A stretch of DNA of 64,000 bases. Source: Dehalococcoidia bacterium (GTDB lineage: Bacteria; Chloroflexota; Dehalococcoidia; Tepidiformales; Tepidiformaceae). Made by a program: the position numbers and the translations under genes. Of this stretch, positions 9,220 to 17,787 are shown in pieces. Below the pieces are notes generated by a model. It saw only the letters and a list, made by a program, of their open reading frames with translations, did not search any database and was not told the origin of the DNA. How positions within the stretch are numbered: position 1 is the stretch's first letter; each line of letters begins with the position of its first letter. Where the stretch lies: positions 4,649-68,648 of the forward strand of contig JADYYG010000038.1 of the NCBI GenBank assembly GCA_020853755.1, written 5' to 3'.

Positions 9220-10239
9220 CTACCAGCGGGCCTCGTGCTCCTCGATCCAGCCGAAGAGGTCGCGCACTCTGATGACCTCGCCGCTGTCCGGCACGATGGT
9301 CCCGCGGTAGACGCCGAACATCTGGTGGACTTCGGTGAACCAGGCCTCGCGGCGCCCGCTCGTGCCGTGACGGTCATACTCCGGCTCGAAGACGAGGTCG
9401 ATCCGGTCTGATTCGGAGGTGCGCACGGTCCACGGCTTCATCCAGTCCGTGCGGTCGTAGTCGAGGACGAGGTCCTCGCTGATTTTCGAAAGTTTCCCGT
9501 CGATGCAGAGGCCGTTTTCGTTCATGCCGGTGCCCGTGGTCCACTTATCGCCGAGGTTGAAGCCGACCAGCCGGCCATCCTGCACGCCCGAGGCCGCGCC
9601 CCAGTTCCAGACCGTGTGCAGTGGCCACACGCCGCGGCCGTAGTCGAGGCAGCCGAACGCGCCCTCGCCGAGTTCGTACCGCGTATCACCCAGCTGGATG
9701 TACCCGGTCGCGGGGAGCGTGTTCTGCTTCGAGGTGAACTGCATCGAGAGGTCGTTCCAGGGGATGACGACGTTGAGGGTTTCGTGGCCCTCCGGGCGGC
9801 GGACATGGATATCGGCTTCGAGCGGGTAGCCCTGGAAGTCCGCCGCCCAAACCTGCAGCCGTGTGCCGGCCCCTTCGTCCGTGTGCGAAACGCGCATGTC
9901 CGGGTGCTCGATCACCATGTCGCCGTGGACATACTCCGGGATGGCGATGGTCCCGGGCGGGCGCGTCACGGTCTTGTCCAGGTGGAGTTTCGTACCCCGG
10001 TGGAAGAAGTACGCACCGCCGAGTTGCAGCCGCTCCATGTCGGCGATGGTGGTGGAAAAGAGAAGGTCGTTGTTCGTGACCGCCCAGTAGTTCCACTTCT
10101 TCGGGCGTTCGAGCGAAGGCGCGAGGTTGCAGCGGTGCAGCGGGTGGCGCGACCAGCCGACGGCGGCGCGGTTGAAGCGCCCGTCCGGGCCGCAGAGGTC
10201 GACGGGCGAAGTCAGTTCGGGTTCGTGGTAACGGGTCAC
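9220..10239 (-). CDS. DUF2804-family protein
   Basis: Body matches my recollection of DUF2804 proteins (..PVDLCGPDGRFNRAAVGWSRHPLHRCNL.. WNWGAASG..). I chose the GTG at 10239 (VTRYHEPELTSPVDLC). The longer 412-aa form would overlap the neighbouring SDR start. Start is uncertain. Confidence 0.7.
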   Translation of the reverse strand: MTRYHEPELTSPVDLCGPDGRFNRAAVGWSRHPLHRCNLAPSLERPKKWNYWAVTNNDLLFSTTIADMERLQLGGAYFFHRGTKLHLDKTVTRPPGTIAIPEYVHGDMVIEHPDMRVSHTDEGAGTRLQVWAADFQGYPLEADIHVRRPEGHETLNVVIPWNDLSMQFTSKQNTLPATGYIQLGDTRYELGEGAFGCLDYGRGVWPLHTVWNWGAASGVQDGRLVGFNLGDKWTTGTGMNENGLCIDGKLSKISEDLVLDYDRTDWMKPWTVRTSESDRIDLVFEPEYDRHGTSGRREAWFTEVHQMFGVYRGTIVPDSGEVIRVRDLFGWIEEHEARW

Positions 10240-10354
10240 GGAGGGGAAGGCTACCGTGCGCGCCGGTTCGCTGCTACGGGCCGGGCGAACACCGGGAACG
10301 CGGCCGCCCGGTAGAATCACGAGCGCATCACACCCACTGGAGAAGGAAACACCC

Positions 10355-11125
10355 ATGTCACTTTCAGGACGCGTCGCGCTTGTCACCGGCGGAGGCCGCG
10401 GCATCGGCAAGGCCATCTCGCTCGCCCTCGCTGCCGACGGTGCAACCGTCGCAGTCAACTACCGCCGCGACGAAGAGGCCGCCGCCCAGACCGTCGCCGA
10501 GATCCGGAACGCGGGCGGCACGGCGAAAGCCTACGCGGCCTCGGTCGAAGACTGGGGCCAGGATGAAGCGATGGTCGATGCGGTCATCAAGGACTTCGGC
10601 CACATCGACATCCTTATTAATAACGCTGGCATCGCCTCGCGCGGCCAGGGCGTCGCCGACACCGACCCGGCGGAGATGGAGCGCGTGGTGCGCACCCACG
10701 CCTTCGGCCCGCACTACCTTTCGAAGCTGGTCCTCCCGAACATGCGCCAGCAGGGGCGCGGCGACATCATCATGATTTCCAGCGTTGCAGCCCGCGGCCT
10801 TGGCCCGAACGGCGCCCCCTACAACATGGGCAAGGCCGCGATGGAAGCCCTCGCCATGACCCTCTTCAAGGAAGAGCGCCGCCACGGGATCCGCGTGAAC
10901 GTCGTCCGCCCGGGGCTGACCGAAACCGAGATGGGGAGTCGCCTGGCGCGCGCCACCCAGGGCATCCAGAGCATGCGCGACATCGACGCCCGCTCGCCGT
11001 TCGGCCGCGTCGCCCAGCCGGAAGACGTCGCCAAGGTCGTCGCCTTCCTCGTCAGCGACAACGCCTTCTACCTCACGGGCCAGACGATCGAAGTGGACGG
11101 GGGCGCCAACCAGGCGCTCCTGTGA
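10355..11125 (+). CDS. SDR-family oxidoreductase (FabG-like)
   Basis: ATG at 10355 after GGAGAAGGA. It has TGGGRGIG, NNAG and YxxxK (YNMGK) motifs. The stop codon TGA runs into repeat array R1. Confidence 0.9.
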   Translation: MSLSGRVALVTGGGRGIGKAISLALAADGATVAVNYRRDEEAAAQTVAEIRNAGGTAKAYAASVEDWGQDEAMVDAVIKDFGHIDILINNAGIASRGQGVADTDPAEMERVVRTHAFGPHYLSKLVLPNMRQQGRGDIIMISSVAARGLGPNGAPYNMGKAAMEALAMTLFKEERRHGIRVNVVRPGLTETEMGSRLARATQGIQSMRDIDARSPFGRVAQPEDVAKVVAFLVSDNAFYLTGQTIEVDGGANQALL

Positions 11126-11165
11126 TTTTGGATTGCGGATTTCGGATTTCGGATTTTGGATTGAG
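11124..11165. repeat. heptamer array R1: gattttg gattgcg gatttcg gatttcg gattttg gattgag (6 x 7 bp)
   Basis: Direct reading. The array starts inside the SDR stop codon. Confidence 0.9.
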
Positions 11166-11185
11166 CAACGCAGTGAACTGGCTTG

Positions 11186-11542
11186 ATGGATGAGGCAGCG
11201 TTCAAAGAGCGAACGCGCCAGCTTGGGCTGGCGGTGATCGCGCTGTCTCGTTCCATCCGGCACGACCTGGCTGCTGATGTCATCATCCGGCAGGTGGTTC
11301 GCTCCTCAACCTCAGTGGGGGCGAACTATCGTGCGGCCTGCCGGGCGAAGTCCCTGAAAGACATGGTTGCGAAGCTCGCGGTCGTCGAAGAGGAAGCCGA
11401 CGAGACGGTCCACTGGCTTGAAATGCTGCGTGACTCAGCCTCTGTCCCAGCGGATGTAGTGGCGCCGCTCATCCAGGAGGCCAGCGAAATCGTCGCAATG
11501 ACCGTCGCCTCCATTCGCACCCTCCGCCGCAGACTCAGCTGA
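11186..11542 (+). CDS. four-helix-bundle protein (23S rRNA intervening-sequence protein / Avd-like family)
   Basis: 118 aa. The motif pattern RQVVRSSTSVGANYRAACRAKSLKDMVAKL..EEADETVHWLEML is characteristic of this family. Confidence 0.85.
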   Translation: MDEAAFKERTRQLGLAVIALSRSIRHDLAADVIIRQVVRSSTSVGANYRAACRAKSLKDMVAKLAVVEEEADETVHWLEMLRDSASVPADVVAPLIQEASEIVAMTVASIRTLRRRLS

Positions 11543-11549
11543 ACTGGCT

Positions 11550-11582
11550 CAATGCAAAATCCAAAATCAAGAATCCAAAATC
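11550..11582. repeat. heptamer array R2 (reverse orientation: gattttg gattctt gattttg gattttg cattg)
   Basis: Direct reading, 8 nt after the four-helix-bundle stop. Confidence 0.9.
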
Positions 11583-11585
11583 CCT

Positions 11586-11651
11586 GAGGCCAGCGAAATC
11601 GTCGCAATGACCGTCGCCTCCATTCGCACCCTCCGCCGCAGACTCAGCTGA
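11586..11651 (+). repeat. exact 66-bp duplicate of the four-helix-bundle gene 3' end (copy of 11477..11542, including the stop codon)
   Basis: Both copies read gaggccagcgaaatcgtcgcaatgaccgtcgcctccattcgcaccctccgccgcagactcagctga. The offset is 109 bp. Confidence 0.9.
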
Positions 11652-11660
11652 GGCGCCAGA

Positions 11661-11694
11661 CCAATCCAAAATCCAAAATCACGAATCCAAAATC
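11661..11694. repeat. heptamer array R3 (reverse orientation: gattttg gattcgt gattttg gattttg gattgg)
   Basis: Direct reading. It overlaps the last 16 nt of the aldolase-family CDS. Confidence 0.9.
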
Positions 11695-12236
11695 CTCCCC
11701 CTGATGGCCGCAATCTCCGCGCTCTCCTCGAGCGCGGTAATCCAGTGGAGGGCTTCCCAGAGGGTTTGGCCGCGGGCGTAGGCGCCGTGTCCCTGGAGGA
11801 TGACGGCCAGGCGGGTTTGGAGCGCGGCGGCCACCTGCGCTACCTGGTTCGGGCCCTGGGCGATGACCGGCACGTCTTCGAGGAAGTGCTTCCGTTCGAA
11901 GTCGGGCGGAACGAACCGGTCCGTTTCGAAGGTGAGGGCGACCGCGTGGCGTGGGTGGGCGTGGACCACCGCGTTCGCGCCGCCAAGCGCGTAGATAGCA
12001 GTGTGCAGCGCCGTGTCGCTCGAAGGCGGCGGGCCTTCGTAGCCGCCGTCCGGGCGAACCAGCGAGATGTGCCGTTCGCGCAGCCGCCCGAGCATCGTGC
12101 CCGTGCCGGTAATCCACATCTCGTGCCCCGAGCGCACCGAAAGGTTGCCCCCATGCGATGAGACCAGCCCGAGCTGGTAGAGGTCCTTGCCGACTTCGGC
12201 AAACGTGCCCATGAGCTCGGGCGGGACAACGGTCAT
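11679..12236 (-). CDS. class II aldolase/adducin-family protein
   Basis: The ATG at 12236 (MTVVPPELMGTFAEVGKDLY..) gives 185 aa with SSHGGNLS and HAHP metal-binding motifs. The last residues (..GRILDS*) are encoded by array R3. Confidence 0.8.
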   Translation of the reverse strand: MTVVPPELMGTFAEVGKDLYQLGLVSSHGGNLSVRSGHEMWITGTGTMLGRLRERHISLVRPDGGYEGPPPSSDTALHTAIYALGGANAVVHAHPRHAVALTFETDRFVPPDFERKHFLEDVPVIAQGPNQVAQVAAALQTRLAVILQGHGAYARGQTLWEALHWITALEESAEIAAIRGRILDS

Positions 12237-12283
12237 GCGGGCGCCTCCGGGGGTGTTTGGCCCAGGCAATGGTAACCCGAGGG

Positions 12284-12318
12284 GATTTTGGAATGTGGAT
12301 TTCGGATCGTGGATTGGA
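12284..12318. repeat. heptamer array R4: gattttg gaatgtg gatttcg gatcgtg gattgga
   Basis: Direct reading, in the aldolase upstream region. Confidence 0.85.
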
Positions 12319-12465
12319 GGTGCTGCAGCCGAGAGGTTGACAGGTTTTGGCAGTGAGTACGGTGAGGGCGTCCGCCACGCCGGGTGGCGTGACCAACTTC
12401 TGGCACTCCGCGTGTGACGCCGGAGGCCCGTGTTCGAGCGCCGTGACAGAGAGGAGCGATTACCC

Positions 12466-13215
12466 ATGAACAAGCGTGTTCTCTGGAGCGCCCTCGGCGC
12501 TGTCATTCTCGCAGTCGTGGCAGTTGCCGCCGGTGGATTGGTGTTCGGCGGAGGAGATTCGTCGACACCGGTATCGGCGGACGGCCCTGGTCCGCTTTCG
12601 ACCGCGGTCGCGCCGGGCAAAGGCCCAGCGCCGGGCGCGGCAGCAACAACAGTGAACGTCACGGTCGGTCCGTACACGATCCCGCCCGCCCAGCTCACCG
12701 GATGGCTTGCCGTCGCGAGCGAGCGCGAGCGCCCGTTGCTCGAAGATGGCGTCCTCACGTTCGCTGAGTACCAGTCGGCGGTGCTCGATGCCGTGGCCTG
12801 TATCGAACGCGGCGGCGTGAAGGTCGTCCACTTCCCGGGCTACGGCCGCGGCGGGGTTGGCGAACCCGGTCCGCGACTTTCGAGCCGGGGTGTGTACAGC
12901 TATGCTGGCTCGGTGCAGGGTTCGTCCGGGAGTGTCCCGGCGGACGCCGCCCGTGTCGTGGCCGACTGCAAAGCAGGGTCGGCCCAGGTGGAGTTCATCT
13001 GGGCGCAGCACACCGCGCCGAGCGAAGTGGAGCTGCAGGCGATGCGCGACGCCATGGCGGTCTGCCTGCGCGAGGCCGGCGCAAGCGTGCCGGAGGCGCA
13101 CCCGTCAGATGTGCAATTGAAGGCGGCAAAGCAGCACGGCGCTTCGGACCAGGCCTACTGGACGTGCCAGTTCGCAGCTGCAGACGCGTTCGAAATCGAC
13201 CGCCTGCCCGGCTAA
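12466..13215 (+). CDS. membrane-anchored hypothetical protein
   Basis: ATG at 12466 after GAGGAG. It begins MNKRVLWSALGAVILAVVAVAAGGLVF (TM anchor) and has a Cys-containing ectodomain. I recognise no family. Confidence 0.65.
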   Translation: MNKRVLWSALGAVILAVVAVAAGGLVFGGGDSSTPVSADGPGPLSTAVAPGKGPAPGAAATTVNVTVGPYTIPPAQLTGWLAVASERERPLLEDGVLTFAEYQSAVLDAVACIERGGVKVVHFPGYGRGGVGEPGPRLSSRGVYSYAGSVQGSSGSVPADAARVVADCKAGSAQVEFIWAQHTAPSEVELQAMRDAMAVCLREAGASVPEAHPSDVQLKAAKQHGASDQAYWTCQFAAADAFEIDRLPG

Positions 13216-13230
13216 ACCCGCGCCCGCCCC

Positions 13231-13264
13231 CTCAATCCGAAATCCGAAATCCGCAATCCAGATC
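13231..13264. repeat. heptamer array R5 (reverse orientation: gatctg gattgcg gatttcg gatttcg gattgag)
   Basis: Direct reading, 16 nt after the stop of 12466..13215. Confidence 0.9.
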
Positions 13265-13445
13265 GTCTACCCTGTTCGCGTGGATGTCGTCTCGTGGGCG
13301 GTCCCATTCGCGCTCGAGCCCGAGGATGGCCAGCCAAGCCGCTGGAACACCCTTCGTGCGCTGCGGGTTCTCGCCTGGTGGGACGGCTCGCCGGGCTGAT
13401 ACTCCTCGCGCAACAGCCCTGCCCGGCTAAACCCGCGCCAGCCCA

Positions 13446-13487
13446 CTCAATCCCCAATCCCCAATCCAAAATCCGCAATCCCCGATC
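13446..13487. repeat. heptamer array R6 (reverse orientation: gatcggg gattgcg gattttg gattggg gattggg gattgag; 6 x 7 bp)
   Basis: Direct reading. It ends 1 nt before the stop codon of the convergent SDR gene and is inverted relative to R1. Confidence 0.9.
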
Positions 13488-13488
13488 G

Positions 13489-14310
13489 TCACTTCAGCGT
13501 GATGCCGCCGTCCACTGCGATGGCCTGGCCGGTGATGTTCCACGCCGCCGGGCTGCTGAGGAACGCGGCCAGGTGGCCGATGTCCTCCGGCGTCTGTTCG
13601 CGGCGCAGGGGAACGCCGTTCTTCACCACCTCGAGGAAGATGTCGCGCGGGTCGCGGTCGGCGTACTGGGGGACGCGCATCTTCATGCCCGTGGCCAACC
13701 CCTCCCATGCGCGCGTCCAGAGGAAGCCCGGCATGATGGCGTTCACGCGGATGTTCGCCGGCGCGTATTCGAGCGCGGAGGTGCGCGAGAGCGAGATGAC
13801 GCCTGCCTTGGCCGCGGCGTAGGCAGGGAGCGTTGGCGAGGCGGTTATCCCGGCGATGCTGGCGATGTTCACGATCGAGCCGCCGCCGCGGGCCTTCAGG
13901 TAAGGCACTGCCACACTCGTCCCCAGGAACGTGCTGCGCAGGTTCTGGGCCAGCTGCTCGTCCCACATTTCGGCCGACATGCCTTCGACGTTCGCCGCGC
14001 GGGTCGAGGGCGTAATCGCCGGGTCCAGTGGGCCGCGGCCGGCGCCGGCGTTGTTGACCATGATGTCGAGGCCGCCGAACGCGTCGGTGACCTGCTTCAC
14101 CGCCGCCTGCAACGCGCCATCGACGATGACGTCGCAGGCGAGGCCCATGCCCGGGACGGCCAGCGCCGCCGCGGTCTGGGCGGCCGTTTCGCCGTCGAGG
14201 TCGAGGATGGCGACCTTCGCGCCCTGTTCGGCCATGACCTTCGCGATGCCCGCGCCAATCCCGCGCGCGCCGCCGGTGACGATCGCCACCTTTCCATCAA
14301 GCTGTCCCAT
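13489..14310 (-). CDS. SDR-family oxidoreductase
   Basis: ATG at 14310 after GGGGAG (MGQLDGKVAIVTGGARGIG). It has NNAG and YAAAK motifs. The N-terminal 79 aa of the track ORF are implausible. Confidence 0.9.
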   Translation of the reverse strand: MGQLDGKVAIVTGGARGIGAGIAKVMAEQGAKVAILDLDGETAAQTAAALAVPGMGLACDVIVDGALQAAVKQVTDAFGGLDIMVNNAGAGRGPLDPAITPSTRAANVEGMSAEMWDEQLAQNLRSTFLGTSVAVPYLKARGGGSIVNIASIAGITASPTLPAYAAAKAGVISLSRTSALEYAPANIRVNAIMPGFLWTRAWEGLATGMKMRVPQYADRDPRDIFLEVVKNGVPLRREQTPEDIGHLAAFLSSPAAWNITGQAIAVDGGITLK

Positions 14311-14348
14311 GGTGTTGCTCCCCTTTCTGGTTCGAAGTTGGGCGACTG

Positions 14349-15197
14349 CTACTCGCCGATGAAGCGCGGTTCGCGCTTTTCCACGAAGGCGCGGACGGCC
14401 TCGCGGCTGTCGGTGCTCATCCCGCTGATGCGCATGTTGATCGCCTCCTGGTCGAGCACTTCCTGGAGGGTCCCGGTCTCGCTGAGGTTGAGGTTCGCCT
14501 TCATCCGGCCGTAGGTGGCCGTCGGCCCGGCGGCGATCTTCGCGCAAAACGCCATCCCCTCGGTCATCAGGTCATCGTGGGGGACGACGAGGTTCGCGAT
14601 GCCGAGCGCGAGCGCCTTCTGGGCGTCGATGATCTCGGCAGTCAGGTAGAGCTCGCGCGCTTTGCCCGCACCGACGATGCGCGGGAGGAAGTACGAGCCG
14701 CCGAAGTCGCCGCTCAGGCCCACGTTGCGGAAGGCGGTGCCGAAGCGCGCCCGGTCGCTGCAGACGCGGACATCGCAGGCCAGCGCGAGGCTGAACCCGG
14801 CGCCCACGGCCACGCCGTTGACGAGCGCGATCGTCGGCTTCGGCGTCGTGTGGAGGCGCAGCGAGGTGATGTCGTGCACGGCGCGCAGTTCGGCCGTCGT
14901 GCGTTCGAGAGTGGACATGGCGCGGGTCACCGGGTTCGCCTCCGGGTCGGCCGCCGCGGCTGACTGGCTGTCGTTGCGGGACTGCATCCCGCGGACGTCG
15001 CCGCCGGCGCAGAACCCGCGGCCAGCCCCGGTGAGGACGATGGCGCGAACCGCGCGGTCGCGTTCGGCGTCCTGGAGGGCGTCGGCCAGCATCGGCAGGA
15101 GGTGGCCGCCCATCGCGTTCAGGCTGTCGGGCCGGTTGAGGGTGATGAGCGCGACACCGTCGCTGCGCTTCTCGTAGAGGACATCCTGGTCAGACAT
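14349..15197 (-). CDS. enoyl-CoA hydratase/isomerase (crotonase) family
   Basis: The ATG at 15197 begins MSDQDVLYEKRSDGVALITLNRPDSLNAM. It has the oxyanion-hole segment GAGRGFCAGGD. Confidence 0.9.
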   Translation of the reverse strand: MSDQDVLYEKRSDGVALITLNRPDSLNAMGGHLLPMLADALQDAERDRAVRAIVLTGAGRGFCAGGDVRGMQSRNDSQSAAAADPEANPVTRAMSTLERTTAELRAVHDITSLRLHTTPKPTIALVNGVAVGAGFSLALACDVRVCSDRARFGTAFRNVGLSGDFGGSYFLPRIVGAGKARELYLTAEIIDAQKALALGIANLVVPHDDLMTEGMAFCAKIAAGPTATYGRMKANLNLSETGTLQEVLDQEAINMRISGMSTDSREAVRAFVEKREPRFIGE

Positions 15198-15295
15198 GGG
15201 GACCGTTCCGGGGCAGAGTGTGGCGGCAATACTACGCCCAATTCCGGGCGCGCTGGCGGCCATGTTCGCGGGCCGTCCTCTATACTCCGGCGGCG

Positions 15296-16654
15296 ATGGA
15301 CATTCGCCCCCTCCCCGAACCGCTGGTCCGCTACGCCGAAGCCGAAATCGCCCGCCTGCAGGTTCCCGGCGCGGCTGCGGCAGTCCTCCACGACGGCGTC
15401 ATCTACGCCGCCGGAGTGGGCGTCACGAACGTCGAACACCCGCTCCCGGTGACCCCGGAGACGCTCTTCCAGGTGGGGTCGACCTCGAAGACGTTCACGG
15501 CCACCGCACTCATGGCGCTGGTCGAAGCCGGGCGGGTCGACCTCGACGCCACGGTGCGCACGTACCTCCCGGGGTTCGCCCTCCAGTCTGAGGAAGACGC
15601 AGCCCGGCTCACGGTCCGCGACCTTGTGACGCACCACGGCGGCTACGTCGGCGACTACTTCAAGGACACCGGCCGCGGCGATGACGCCCTCGGGACCATC
15701 GTGGCGAAGATGGCGAATTCGCCCCAGCTCGTCCCGGCCGGGACTACCTTCTCCTACAGCAATGCGGGCTTCTATGTGCTCGGCCACATCGTGGCGACGG
15801 TCCATCGGCGGCCGTTCGAGCAGGTGGTGCGCGAAACCGTCTTCGAACCGCTGGGCATGGACCGCTCGTTCTACTTCCCGGAGGAGGCGCTGACGCACCG
15901 GGTGGCGGCTGGCCACATCGTCACCGGGGACGGCCCGAAGGTGGCCCGGCCGTGGCACACGCCGCGCAGCATCGCCCCCGGCGGCGGCGTGATTTCGAAC
16001 GTGATCGACCAGTTGCGCTACGCCGCGCTGCACCTTGGCCAGGCGCGCGAAAGCGGCGTCCTCAGCCGTGCGACGGTGGTTGCGATGCAGCAGGCCCAGC
16101 GCCCGGCGGGCAGCATGTGCGAATCGATCGGCACCTCCTGGATGCTCGACTGGGCCGGCGATGGGGCGCCGCTGGTGAAGCACGGCGGGGCCACCAACGG
16201 CCAGCTTTCCTCGTTCGAACTTGTGCCCTCGAAGGGGTTCGCAGTCACCGTGCTGACGAACTCGGACACGGGCCGCGAAGCGCGCCAGACCATCGCCGAC
16301 CGCTGCCAGGAGCACTTCCTCGGCTTCGGCAAGCCCGAACCGGCGCCGCTCGCCGCGCAGCCCGAGTACGCCGGATACGAAGGCGTCTACCAGTCCGTCC
16401 TCGCCCGGCTCGAGGTGCGCGCCCGCGATGGTGCGCTCATGGTTGCCGACACCACGCCGGAGCGCGGGTTCGCGGAGCGCCGCCACCGGCCGATCCCGCT
16501 GCCGCCAGCCGCGCTCGTCTTCACGGGCACGGATGCAACGGCCGTGCTGAGCGGGCCACGGAAGGGCGAGCGAGCGGAGTTCCTGCGCGGCGAAGATGGC
16601 CGCATCGCCTGGATGCGCTGGGACGGCCGCATCGCGCGGCGCATCGCCGATTGA
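15296..16654 (+). CDS. serine hydrolase (beta-lactamase / PBP4*-like family)
   Basis: The ATG at 15296 begins MDIRPLPEPL. It has an SxxK motif (STSK) and YSN, plus a C-terminal extra domain. Confidence 0.85.
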   Translation: MDIRPLPEPLVRYAEAEIARLQVPGAAAAVLHDGVIYAAGVGVTNVEHPLPVTPETLFQVGSTSKTFTATALMALVEAGRVDLDATVRTYLPGFALQSEEDAARLTVRDLVTHHGGYVGDYFKDTGRGDDALGTIVAKMANSPQLVPAGTTFSYSNAGFYVLGHIVATVHRRPFEQVVRETVFEPLGMDRSFYFPEEALTHRVAAGHIVTGDGPKVARPWHTPRSIAPGGGVISNVIDQLRYAALHLGQARESGVLSRATVVAMQQAQRPAGSMCESIGTSWMLDWAGDGAPLVKHGGATNGQLSSFELVPSKGFAVTVLTNSDTGREARQTIADRCQEHFLGFGKPEPAPLAAQPEYAGYEGVYQSVLARLEVRARDGALMVADTTPERGFAERRHRPIPLPPAALVFTGTDATAVLSGPRKGERAEFLRGEDGRIAWMRWDGRIARRIAD

Positions 16655-17787
16655 CCCGCCTCGAAGTTGCCGCCTGCCTCGCGCTGGCCATGATCGGCGT
16701 CTCGTCGACCTCCTACGGCCCGGCGATGGAGAGCTTCGCGGCCGATTTCGACGTCTCGCTTGACCATGCCGGTGTCATCCTCACGCTCCTGTTCCTCGGG
16801 TCGATCGTGGCCTCGGCGGCGTTCGCAGCCTGGTTCCACGCCTACGAACCGCGGCGGTTCATGCTCGCGGGCACGCTGCTCATGGCGGTGGGTTCGGCGG
16901 GCATCGGCCTTGCGCCGTCGTGGGGGTTGCTGCTCCCGTGCCTGGTCATCTCCGGCGCGGGCGGCGGGCTGGTGGATGCGGGTTCGCTCACCATCGTCAC
17001 GCGCGTGAGCGACGACGTCACACGCAGCATCAACCGCCTCAACGTCGGCTTCGCAGTGGGGGCGCTGGCCGGTCCGCTCTGGGCCGGGAGCGTGCTCGCC
17101 GCCCATGCCGGGGCGCGGCCGCTCGTTTACCTGGGAGTGGCTGGCGTCACGCTGCTGGCGGCCGCGTTCACGCTGTTCAGCCCGGCGGTCGAAGCGCACC
17201 CGGCGGCGCCGCGGCATTCCTCGCCCCGGCTGACGCGCGGGGCCCTGGCCCTCGGGCTGGTGCTCTTCCTTTACGTCGGCGCGGAGTTCGGGCTCGGCTC
17301 CTGGGTGGCCAGCTACGCCAGCCGCGAGTTCGACGCGGGCACGTTCAGCGGCGGGCTTATCACCGCGGGCTACTGGGGCGCGCTGATGGTCGGCAGGCTT
17401 ATCTCGGGGTGGCTGTTCCAGCGCGGCATGGGCGCGCGGCAGGTGCTTCTCGGCAGCATCGCCCTCGCCACGATGACCAGCGCCGCCATCGCCGCCGCGA
17501 ACGAGTCGCTCGCGCTCGCTGCGGCCGCGGCATTCGCCACCGGGCTCGCCTTCGGGCCCATCTGGCCGGCCGCGATGGCGGTCGCAGCCGGCAAGCGTGC
17601 AGCGAACGTCCCCGCCGCGCTTGTCACGATTGGCAACTCGGGTGGGTTCATCTTCCCCTGGCTGCAGGGCCGCATCCTCGTCTCATCCGGGGCAAGCGCT
17701 GGCATCGGGCTCAGCGCCGTGCTCTGCGTGGGCATGCTCCTCATCGCCTGGCGCGCCCCGCGGGACCCGGACGATCCGCCTTCCTAA
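16651..17787 (+). CDS. MFS transporter
   Basis: This is the hydrophobic C-terminal 378 aa of track ORF 15952..17787. The TTG at 16651 overlaps the preceding stop. The start could instead be a downstream ATG. Confidence 0.75.
   Translation: MTRLEVAACLALAMIGVSSTSYGPAMESFAADFDVSLDHAGVILTLLFLGSIVASAAFAAWFHAYEPRRFMLAGTLLMAVGSAGIGLAPSWGLLLPCLVISGAGGGLVDAGSLTIVTRVSDDVTRSINRLNVGFAVGALAGPLWAGSVLAAHAGARPLVYLGVAGVTLLAAAFTLFSPAVEAHPAAPRHSSPRLTRGALALGLVLFLYVGAEFGLGSWVASYASREFDAGTFSGGLITAGYWGALMVGRLISGWLFQRGMGARQVLLGSIALATMTSAAIAAANESLALAAAAAFATGLAFGPIWPAAMAVAAGKRAANVPAALVTIGNSGGFIFPWLQGRILVSSGASAGIGLSAVLCVGMLLIAWRAPRDPDDPPS

Noticed and set aside
9220-10458. 412-aa form of the DUF2804 gene, and other long N-terminal extensions (2097..3737, 13489..14547, 17784..19145, 20216..21628, 49290..50789)
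   Set aside because: The extensions are Arg/Pro/Ala-rich and lack SDs. They overlap neighbouring genes or promoters, and internal starts give N-termini typical of the families.
11186-11542. Four-helix-bundle protein as the Avd accessory gene of a diversity-generating retroelement
   Set aside because: No reverse transcriptase and no template/variable repeat pair with A-specific mismatches lies nearby. The only repeats are heptamer arrays and an exact 66-bp duplication.
11124-13487. Heptamer arrays as a CRISPR array or an integron attC series
   Set aside because: The units are 7 bp with no spacers, and no cas genes are present. The arrays are not individually palindromic like attC, and no integrase is in the window. 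I kept them as an unexplained repeat family instead.
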